Source: Chlorokybus atmophyticus
Lineage: Eukaryota > Plantae > Mesostigma and Chlorokybus algae
Assembly: GCA_009103225.1 (NCBI GenBank)
Contig: RHPI01003508.1
Coordinates: 124,001-188,000, forward strand
Direction of reading: 5' to 3'
Length of the DNA: 64,000 nucleotides
The notes under the pieces are model-generated. The model did not search any database. It was not told where the DNA came from and saw only the letters and a program-made list of their open reading frames with translations. Of this stretch, positions 35,361 to 46,100 are shown one piece after another (position 1 is the first letter of the stretch; each line of letters begins with the position of its first letter). A program made the translations under genes and the position numbers.

Positions 35361-36422
35361 TGTTAATTGTGTGTCCTACAGCACAGCATGTACACTATGG
35401 AGGACACCGACTCCACATGTCCGTGTTACTTAGCAGTAGCGGAGCAGCTCCACCAAGCACTTGTCGCCATAAGAGCTGGGTTATCTTTTGCTTTGGCCAC
35501 ACGTTACAGCATGTTGCAGTAGCATGGCTAGCGAGTATGTCTTTCCCTGCAGCTGTCTGAGACAGCGTGGCCCTCGACTCTCTTCGACCCGACAGCTGTC
35601 ACGCCTATTGTCCGCGCATACCAGCCTTCATCGGGCATGCCTACATCGAAACCCTCGTCCGGCTTACCAGCATCCCGACCCACGCGCGTCACTGACCTAT
35701 AGCTAAATCATGACTCAGATTAGCTCATGACCATAGCCTACATAGGCACCGCGCGTAGCTGTTAAGTTGTGAGTTCAGTTATGAGTTGTGTTTTATATCG
35801 AGTGGGGATTTGTGTGGAAATAGCCTTGATATGACCGTTAGCTTATGTTCTAAACAGTCATGATTTGTCTTGTATCAGTAGTCACGGTGTTCACCGGATC
35901 AGCTGGTGACACTGTAAGTGAGAAGCTAAGAGCTTGTGAAGCGACTTGACCTACAAACACGCCGACCCGGTTATCAAGAAACCCCTCACCGTGTGAGAGC
36001 CTGTGCATGCTTGTGTGCATCGCGTTTGTCATTGCTGTGAGCTTGGTGTGCTTGGTTGCGGTGTGCGTGTTGGCATCAGTTAGGGCATAGCATCCACGTG
36101 TTGCTTGCTCATTCACCTCACTTAACAGTGTAACACATTTTCCACTCATGCAAAGAATTGTGTAAACAGCACTACCTATAGTAGTGGCTTATTGATTGTG
36201 TGTCCTACAGCACAGCATGTACACTAGGGAGGACACCGACTCCACGTGTCCGTGTTATTCAGCAGCAGCGGAGCAGCTCCACCAACACTTATCGCCACAG
36301 GAGCTGGGTTATCTTTTGCTTTGGCCACACGTTACAGCATGTTGCAGTAGCATGGCTAGCGAGCATGTATTTCCCTGCAATTGACCAAGAAAGCGTGACC
36401 CACGACTCTCCTCCACCCGACA
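35361..36422 (+). repeat. 3' repeat block B1 (35361-35594), A2 (35597-36189), B2 (36190-36422)
   Basis: B1 and B2 are colinear ~235-bp copies; A2 matches A1 (8155-8739); purine tract AGGGGGG just before B1. Confidence 0.9.
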
Positions 36423-36580
36423 ATGTCGACCTGCCATCAGTTCTTTTCCCATGCAGGGTGATTTCTCGTTCAATGCCCCACATGGTCCGTGTATCATGCA
36501 GCTGGTCACGATGTCGTACAGCTTGCGCGCGTTTTCCTGGTCGGGGATTTCAATGCATACAATCTAATCAATCTCCTTAG
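36423..36580 (-). pseudogene. Helitron Rep fragment
   Basis: EID*IVCIEIPDQENARKLYDIVTSCMIHGPCGALNEKSPCM. Confidence 0.88.
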
Positions 36581-37374
36581 TGGTACAGGGTACGTTATGG
36601 GATGCAAAATAGTTTTAGAACCTTTTTTGGCCCATCTGTCGAGCACCACATTTTCATGACGTATGGCGAATATCGGCGAGTTGTGAGTCTGCCGCAGATA
36701 TCGACCTGGGTCCAGGACCAGTCCGAAAGGTGCCAAAAAACGGATGGCCTGTCGAGAAGGGCTCGTTCAGATTTCCGGAAGGGCATGGCGCCAAATAATA
36801 TAACCTAATCATATGCGCACCAAATGAAGAGATCTTTGGTGCGTGGGAAAGGAAAGTCTAGAATGTGTACTACAAGTTCGGCAAGAATAACTCAGCTTCT
36901 GATTCTGTTTAGCGCCAGCATTGTGTAGATAGTAGCATGTGCAGATCGGTAGGTATACAAGAGACATTTTGCTATGTGCAAAACAACTTTTATCTCCCTA
37001 TTTTTTTGGGGTGCAAGCCTGGTGGTGGGTAGCAGGGGTTGCTAGCGTGTGTCCACTGGTGTGTGCTTGCTTGTGTGACAATCCAAGGCGCTACACAAGT
37101 CGGTGTGTAGCTTCGAGCGCATGCGCGTGCGTACGTGAGTGGCGGGGCGCGCGTGTGTGCTTGGCGGAGGGGGCAAGGTTCTGGTGTGAATACCGCGTCT
37201 TGGTTAGAGGGATGTTGATTGGACCAACTCACAGGTGACAAGGCACGAGCACCGTCACAGTGGGGGACCCTGGTCCGAACCTTAAGCCGCCCGGGTGTTT
37301 GGACCATGGTCCGCACGTGCGGACCAGGGCTGGTCCGCGGAAAACGTTCTGTGTAATTGGTAACCAACGCGGCT

Positions 37375-37530
37375 CACGTTGTTCTTCTTGTTGCTGCTTA
37401 TGTTCACGTACTTTCTTCAGCGCTTGCGCCTGCTAATACTGTTTGCGACGCCGTTTTAATCGTGTTGCACGCTGCTCGCTGTTCTCGTTATCACGCCTTC
37501 GTACGCCTTCGTTAATCGGATGCCACTTTT
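37375..37530 (-). pseudogene. Possible Helitron N-terminal charged-repeat (STPR-like) remnant
   Basis: RRRDNENSEQRATRLKRRRKQY*...EQREPR; same strand and expected position relative to the Rep fragments. Confidence 0.35.
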
Positions 37531-38035
37531 GCATACTTCCGTTGCTCACTCCCATCATGCATACGTTCATCCATATTTGCAACTCACTCACTCGCCTACA
37601 CAGTTTTATAGCCTGACGCAGAGAACCCTTTTTTTAAGGTTTTTGTAATCTGAGTTCAATCTACATGCCTGTCTACACAGCTTGCCCCGTAAAGCCACAA
37701 CACACAGTCTATTCCCAAATGATACGCATCCCCTACTTTACGAGTCTTCGCTACCCTCCGTACTACCATGAAAAAACCTACATGGCTCATGAGTGCTGCT
37801 GTCAAATACTACGCGCCAACACACTTGGCGCCTTGGTGCTGCTTTGTATGACAAACTTCGCAACAACTAATTAGTCCCTTACTCTATATGCCATCTTACA
37901 TAGCGAGTATACAACCATTGCCGCTCCATCTGTCTCGCAAGTCGCACTGCTGCCTCGTTAACCATATGTTTTTTCAGCGTAGCTACTTAGACCTTCAACT
38001 TGACATTCTCATCAATCAATAGCCTATACTTAATA

Positions 38036-38507
38036 TATAACAAGGACAAACATTAAACAACCACAATTCGACAATGAAAGTCCGGTCGAGTGGGCTATGA
38101 CATTGGTCATCGGAGCTTGAGACCCGGGTTCGATTCCTGCCTTGCATTCCGCAGTCGTTGTTTCTTGATCCAGTAACATTGTAAATGGTCACTTCATAAG
38201 TGCCATCATCCATGAGTCGCGTTTTGCAAAATGGCAGTCGCGCCAAACTGAGCAGTTCAATCGGCGCGGCACGATGCGACTGCCTATCGCGGCGATGCGA
38301 CATGTGGGGCCGACAACGACGCGCTTGGCGCGCAGTTGATCGGTATGGGCCTGTACAAACCTGGCCTTAGTAGTGGGGCCGGTGACCGACCCTAATAAAC
38401 CCCTGGGATGATTCCCCAGCTGAGCATGAGCAGCTGCCGAGGACGTCAGCGTTTTTAAGTGGGGGGAATGTAACGGGAAGGTACATTAAGTAACCACAAA
38501 TCGACAA
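38036..38507 (+). mobile_element. TRIM of the same family as 28208-28735, 3' LTR truncated
   Basis: Decayed 5' LTR 38036-38102, PBS TTGGTCATCGGAGC, internal region colinear with the reverse complement of 28287-28656, PPT GGGGGGAA then TGTAACGGGAAGG at 38469. Confidence 0.8.
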
Positions 38508-39489
38508 CTACTCACCACGTTCAGATCGCATCGACTCCAGCTCTTCACGAAAGCGACCAACTTCCGTTTTAAGTTGACGCTTCTCACCTTAATATTGCAT
38601 GCGCCGCTTCCACTCTTAGTCTCGCTGTGCGACCCCCTCTATCACCGCCTTGCATGCTTTGTGGACATCACTGCACAATGCAACTCAGTCCATCAACTTA
38701 AATTCTTGGAGAACCAAACAACAACATAGTTTCCCTGCACTTTATTTAATTTGATCTTTTCATATAGTAGTAGGATTTGAGTTTCATTTAATTGCCAAAA
38801 GGTCACAGAGTTGAGCAGGTTGTACTTCTTTAATTGCGTTGTTTGAGATGCGGACGACATGCTATGATGGATTGTCAAGCGTGTGAGGAAGCGTGTGAGC
38901 GTATGCACCTGCATAAACATGGATTAGCAAGCGTTCTTGCAAGTGTATGAGTGCATGAATAACCAAGTAAGTGCGACTATTAATACCCTACCCTACCCAC
39001 CCCTCTTGCTTGACATACATAGAGGCAGACCGCCCTCCCCCCCCCCCCCCCNCATCAACATACCTTGCTAGGAATCAGCTGTGGCAAGGTCGGGGGACAA
39101 TTGGCAGAGAGATTGGTTGCTTGTCACAAGATCAGACCGTCCGATCTGCCAGATTGGCCGACTTGCCAACCTTTGTGCGCGCAACTCCTGCACACACCAG
39201 CTCACGCGTTAATGGAAGGAGAGAGGGGGAGGGGGAGGAAGGCGTATTGTGTAAACCTTGTGCGAAACAGCAGCACCATATGCACACAGGCATGGGTGGA
39301 AGAGGCGTGCATGCACATGCGTGCAGATTAACAAACCTTGAAGACTGCAGGGGTGGGGGGGCTGACTAGCTGTGGACTGGCTGCTGCCAAGCTCCTATGC
39401 GCACAACTCCTTTTTACACATAAGCGCAAGCGTTGGTGGAAGAAGAGGGACCAGGTCGGGGAGGACGTGCAAGCATGCACACATGCGTG

Positions 39490-39692
<203 letters not shown>

Positions 39693-40299
39693 GTTACAAA
39701 GCTCGCACCCTTGCGCACACGCACAGTCATAAATCCTTGCATACACAGCATACACATACTGAACAACCATACCACTTGTGAAATGTGCACTTGGTGAGGA
39801 AGGTTGTTTTGCTTGTTTGGTCTACTGCCCTGGCTGAGCATAAACGATGGGGGTAAGTGGCAGCAATAGCACATGAAAAGCACAAATCACACAGGCTCGC
39901 CGCAACTCACCAGCTGACAAACACGCCATCTCAACGTCGGGCTGACTGGTCACTGCTACAACTTGAGTGACCTGGTTGGCTTGGCCGGGCAAGGGGTGAT
40001 AGAGGGAGAGGGGGAGCGTGCACCAAGGAAGCCACAAAGTGAGCAGTGTGACGAAAGCACGTATGGACAGGCATGCGCTTGTGCACAAACTTAAACTCAC
40101 CGCCAGAAAGGCGCCGCCTCCTTGCTCGCCGCCGTTCTGGACGCCGCTTTGACCTGGTCGCCTGCCTGGCGAGGTCAGGGGGTGAGGGGGCAGCTGCGGG
40201 GGACGCTTTTGACACAGATTGACTTCCCAATGACTTCTCACCTGAGCAGCTGCGACCGTCGTTGTCTTAGCCTGCTTGCCAGCATGATCCACTGGGTTG

Positions 40300-40940
40300 T
40301 CAGCTATTGCCACGTTCGTCAGAATCATGTGGTATTTTCGTACTTGTAAGAATGAGTGTTTTGAAGCCGCCCAAAACACATTCGAATTTTCGCAATCCTC
40401 GCGTCGGGGATGGGATGCGACCTGCCTGGCTGTGCGCCAGAATATGCAATGCGTTGGGTGAGCCCATGGCAGCGCTCAATGCATTACGCGGCAACAGTGG
40501 GGTCATCAAATGCATTGTGAAAGGCGACTGCAATTCAACGAAACCGCACGCACAAACGGGGGTAATCTTTGGATATAGTAGTAGGATGTAGCAATAGGGC
40601 CGGCCTGATCCACTGGCCCGTCGGCTGCTGCCGCGTTCATCTAAACAATCTGGTGTTTTTGTACCATTCATGATGAGTGTTTGGAAGCCACCCACAACAC
40701 ATTCAAAGTTTTGCGACCGAACCCAACTTACAACGGCAGGTCGCGCGTCGGGGACGGAATGCAAATTGCCTGGTTGTGCACTAGAATATGCAATGTGTCG
40801 AGTGAGCCCATGGCGGCATTCAATGCATCGCGCAGCAACAGTGAGGTCACCAAATGCATTATAGAAGGATGCATACAAGGATGCACGATTGCAACGAATC
40901 CGCACGCACAAAGGGGCGTAATTTCTTTGTATAATAGTAG
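40300..40940 (-). repeat. Two tandem diverged copies of a ~300-bp coding-like module
   Basis: 40330-40590 and 40670-40940 are colinear; both translate on the minus strand to HPT.I...Y..LCVR.R...F.NAF.D.TVAA.CIE..HGLT..IAYS.AQPG. Confidence 0.75.
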
Positions 40941-41654
40941 GATGTTATATTGTGCGCCAAGTTACAAACTCTCATGGTCCACAAAAATAAATTTTAATGG
41001 TGTAACGACACAACGGATCCTACTAATATATTCATTGTTGCCGCATGTTTGCAAATGATGAATACATGAAACAGAAGAATGTTTCATGTATCTATCATTT
41101 ACAATATAGTACAATTACATTGCATCATATGTTGTACACGTAGTAAAAGTACTTGTGCTTATTACGCACACAACATGCATGATCTGTTGATATACAAGCG
41201 GCATATCCTATCATACACAATGCATGCACATGTTCGTCACATGCATTTATAATTATTGCATAATTGAAGCAAAATATTACGTAGCCACACCCTAAACTGT
41301 GCATGATGCATATTAACGTGAAACCTTGATATGCATCATTCATATAATGACACATGTGTGAGAGTACCGTCCACTCAGCAAAAAAACCAAGCAGAATTGC
41401 TTAATGAAGTCTTGATGTGCCAACAGGGTGGAAAGATAATAGTTGTATGCATACTTAAGGAGGTTGAGCCCTCCAAGACAAGTAGCATGATAGTTGTCAG
41501 GCAATGTATAGTCCCGCGTCAATCTTGCTCCAATCCCAACCACCCCACTCTGCTAATAATCCGTGATGTTAAGATGTTTCCGCTGATATTGGGTGCATGG
41601 GCGAAGAGGCAAAGAGAACCATCTTCGTATGTGTGCGCATGTCGCGATGCATTG

Positions 41655-41765
41655 ATAGCTACATGATGTGCATGAGGATCATGCACATCATGTAGCTATA
41701 AACAGAGTGGAAGGTATCATGATGTGCATGATCCTCATGCACATCATGATACCTTCCACTCTGTT
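41655..41765. repeat. Two adjacent perfect inverted repeats (21-bp and 31-bp stems)
   Basis: 41655-41675/41679-41699 with loop GGA; 41701-41731/41735-41765 with loop TCC. Confidence 0.97.
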
Positions 41766-43176
41766 ACGCCGTGGTAATATTCTTGCTATTTGAAGTAATG
41801 ATGACATGACTCATATCACAGTATCAACATGACAAGTATGTTACTAATATGTTTTGTAATGTATATACCGAGACAGCATACAAATGTTACAATCATGTAA
41901 ACATGAGGTGCACAATTGATACGCTTAACACTAGGATGGTAGCGAAAAGTAACAAAAATAATGCACTTAGCTTTATTTTCTGCCCCATTATGACGTTTGT
42001 TGAAGACAATCATACTTAAGTCAAAGTTTGGGTGGATTGCTGACGCAGTTTCAACGGGCATAAATACAACCGCGGTTAACTGCCCGCGGCAGTCCGTTAA
42101 CCGCGGTATACACTTGACTTCGCCGCCAGAGATTGTGAGTTCCGCCAACTTCACGGGCAACTCGCGCGTTTGACTCACACCTTTTAGGGTGTGGCGGCAA
42201 CTGCACAGCAAACTAGCTACTTGCAACCTTCGTAACACCTACCACAAGCATCAAAGAAGCACGAAACTAATCGTCCGGCGTACTAGTCCAAATTTGCTAC
42301 AACTCGATACCAGGAATGTTGTCACAACCGATTCGATTTCGTTGCAATAAGAAGAGATCTGTTTTTGTATCAAAAACATTTCAAGTACTTATATCGGTAT
42401 AGTTATCATCCTAATGTTGAGAGCAACAGCTTGCGATTACTTTTGTATATGCACATTAAGTGCAATATCGGTATAGTTATCATCACAATGTTGAGAGCAA
42501 CAGCTTGCTTTTACTGTTGTATATGCACATTGAGTGCAATACGACCTGAGCATTGAGTGTTTGTATTGCTGCAGATAAATCTATGCTCATCTTGAATGAA
42601 TGTATTGTTTTTTACTCATATTTATATTGATTCACTTTATGATATGCTATTAAACACGATTAATGTGTATGTTATAAATGTGTCCACCAACAACTAGTCA
42701 TGGCTGATGATGGGATGTTTGTGGTGTGTGTCCTTGCTTTGTGCCCCTTAACTTTCCACAATACACGTATACATTTTGTCAACTGTGTATGTAATATCAA
42801 CATCCAATAACATTGAAACTTATACTTAAAGATTGAAGCTTATGCGCTCAGCAGCCTAGTGTTAACTTAACAATAAGCTGGCCGGTAACTTTACTCGTAA
42901 TGGAAAGCGAATATTGGTAAAATAAACGTTGAATAACATGTGATAATGTATTTAAAGCTCCAAAATTACATCGTCCAAAGAGAGCATTCCTTACAATGTG
43001 TGGATTTACAAAAATGATCATTTGTTTTATTTGGAGGCTTTGTGAAATTCAATTAAGTGCCTGAGGGTATACGTATACAGCGCAATCCGTGCAATGTGTC
43101 ATTGTAGTGTTCATTATCACCGGCATAAACCGAAGAATGAGCGTGCAAATGAATATGACATGTGTTAAGTAGCCGA

Positions 43177-46100
43177 TGTAACGGAGGGCTACCTCTACAG
43201 AGGTTCCCCGCCCTTATCTAATTGAACAAGGGTCCCAACGGGTATATACATCCATATTGGGGCCGTTAACCTAATATTAAGGCCCTAATGTAGTGTTATT
43301 TATCTGTAACACTATTATCGACCCGAAACATGAGTCTTGTGTCGATATCAGGTGTATGGCGGCACTACTTATGCAGCGGCCGCTATAGTCAGGGCATCTT
43401 CGGCTCCGGCAGTAACCCTTGGCGGCGGCGGTGTCGATGGCCTCGCTGAAGGCGGTGTTGGGGTAGGGGATTGAAGGGGCGGTAGCACCCCTCCTTTACA
43501 TTGGTATCGGAGCACGAGCGACGAGGGGCCTGTGGGAGGGGCGGCGGCAGGTAGCAGCAACTGCGGCGGCAGATGGCAGCGACAGCAGCGGCAGCGGCGG
43601 CGGCGGCGTTATTAGTGAATAGTTATTGGATAGTTGTGTATGTAACTAGCGCTGCTGCTGGCTTAACTTGCCTAGCCTAGTTTGCATTGCCTTGCTTAGC
43701 CTAGCCTAGCTTACCTTGCCCTGCCTAGCCTAGTTTGCTGTTAGGGGAGGCGGCCACTCAGGCAGTTTACCCCCCCAAGCAGTGCATCTCAGCACATCAC
43801 CTAGTGAGTAATATTGTTTTTTCTTTCTTCACTTGTGTGTGCTTGCCACCACGTGGGTTCGTGGTGGTGTGAAGGGGTATATATTTTAAAGAAATACAAA
43901 TCCCTTGGGGGCAGTCCAGTGGCAACATCGGCTATTCCGACCGCCAATAAGGGCGGTGAGGCCGCCCGAGTTATTTTGCGCGGCCGATATCAAACTTACG
44001 ACTGACAACTAGTCGATGTTGGCCTGTAAGGTCGATTTGACGAGATTTCGGCACCTCGTGTGTCAATTACAATTGTGAGTTGATATGGGTTGTATAAAGT
44101 GTGAAAGCTTTGGACAGCCATAGCTCGTGAACCGTCGCGTGGATTCGCGTGCGGTTTGCAGTTGCAGAGTGAGTGTCAAGTTAAGAGGTGTGTGGAGAGC
44201 TCTTGTTTGGGTCTGTACACCCCACGTTAACCCCTCGAGACTTGACGCAACAAATCACTATTATTTGCCAATTTTGCAATGCACAATCTGTGTATTAATG
44301 CACTTGCTAACGCGAATCCTTGGGCAGATGGCTGACCAAGAGGCGGGAGGTGACAAGTACTTCACCGTCCCTGACTCATTGCTATCATACGAACCATCGA
44401 GTGATGATAAAGTGAGAGACTAGGATACGAGTAAGAGCTACAAACTCATTGAGAGTGACAAGGAGGGAGCTGAGCAGGATAGCAAAGCTTCTCCCAACCT
44501 ATCTACTCAGAGTGGACCAGCTATAAGGGACACACAAACTGTCATTTGGCGGGGCCATTGAGAAGTATGCCTCAGAGCGTAAGGCTCTGCTTGCTGGCCA
44601 CCCTTACCTTCGTTAGGAAACATGAAATGCATGGGCGCAGAAGATTCGTGATGGGTAGGAAACGAACTTTGCCACACTCCCTCGCGCAAGCAAGAAGTTG
44701 GTGATCCGCATGCTTGAGCACGAATTGACGATCAACATCCCGCCACTTGCATGAGATGATCCGAGAGTGGCTGCTCTCATGACCATATATGACAAGCCAC
44801 TTCCATATGAAGGGAAGCGCATGGCGTTTGAGACTTTGGCCAACTTTGTGGTAAAATCATCACAGCGTTGCAAGGATGTGTTTCGGTACTTGGGACCTGA
44901 CTTGGAAAACAAGTTAACAGCTTGATTAAAGTTGGCGGCACGCCTTGATACGCAATCCGAGTCGGTGGCGCTGCGCCAACAAGTGGCGGATGCTACTTCA
45001 GCAGCTGGTGCATTCATGGGGCTGCCGATTACAGCGCTAAACAAACCTGAGAAGTTCAAGCCCAACGGCAGTGTCAGCATCCATGACTGGGTGGTCATTG
45101 TAGAGCACTACTTGACAACACTGAAGCGCCCATTGGTAAGCACATTGCTGTTGCTGAGTTGCTCATGCCATTTGACGTTCTCACCGAGTGGGCGAGGCAA
45201 ATAGAGGATGGTGCGGCCAAGATAGTGGAAGCGCTATTCAAGTTCCTTGTGGAGCGCTGTGGTGGCATGAATTTGGCTACTCAGGCTCGCAACAAGCTTA
45301 ACAAGTTGCGACAGAATGGCCGGGTGGCTTTAATCTATCTGCAGTAGTTCCAAGCATTGGTGGATTGCGTGAACAGTGACCTCATGCCCATGGACAAGGC
45401 TGAGCTTTGAATTGTACAAGCGCGGCTTGAATGCGCGTGTGCGCGATCAGCTGCAATACACGGCAACGGGACTTCCTTGCGTTCTTAAAGACTTGGCCAA
45501 CCTGCAGAGTTAAGCGTGTATCTATAGAGTGATGACACAGTGCAGGAGAAGACACATGTGGCAACTGCGGCTAAGCTGCAGAGGGTGGGAGGAAAGCGTT
45601 ACCCTCAGCCATGCAATGCGCACACGGCAGAAAAGGCGAAGACATTCACGCCTTATACTGGTGGCACATCTGCAGGTGGTGCTACACCTGCTGCGGCTCG
45701 CACTTGTTACGTCTGTCATTAACCGGGCCACATTGCAAAGAATCGCCCTACCAATGTGAAGGGCAAGGCCAAAAAGGTTGAATAGGATTACGCCGTGACT
45801 GGTGTGGAGATGGTTGATAGCCAGTTGCTTGAGATGCATGCAGCACACTCGATCAATAATCTGTCCCAAGTGCATGTAATGATTCACGCATGGCAAGCAC
45901 ATGACAAGTTGCCACATTTTTATGTTGAAAAAGTGGAAGAGAGCGCTTGTGTGCTGGTACATGTGGAATTCAACGTGCTTACTGATGTGTTGCATGCATT
46001 GACTAGGTAGCAAAAGAAGCACAACACCTAAAGTATGGTGGTGATGGTGCCAAAGTATCATGGCCCATAATTAAAGCATACTCGCGGGGGTACTGTGCTG

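Larger units (their letters stand above)
8155..36422 (+). mobile_element. Ty3/gypsy-type retrotransposon (gag-PR-C5 MTase-RT-RH-IN-PHD) with split direct repeats, interrupted by Plavaka and a TRIM
   Basis: Starts TGTT at 8155 and ends GACA at 36422; flanks ATGC (8151-8154) and ATGT (36423-36426) look like a 4-bp TSD with one transition. Helitron Rep sequence on both sides joins up (MIHGPCGALNEKSPCM...GR|CSKSFPK). Domain order is PR, RT, RH, IN. Confidence 0.85.

Noticed and set aside
36580-37370. Possible additional DNA-transposon end and GGACC/GGTCC palindromes (37270-37345)
   Set aside because: No partner terminus or TSD found in the window; too weak to call.
38103-38145. Possible tRNA gene (GGTTCGATTCC)
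   Set aside because: No cloverleaf, D-arm or acceptor stem; it is the PBS-adjacent part of a TRIM.
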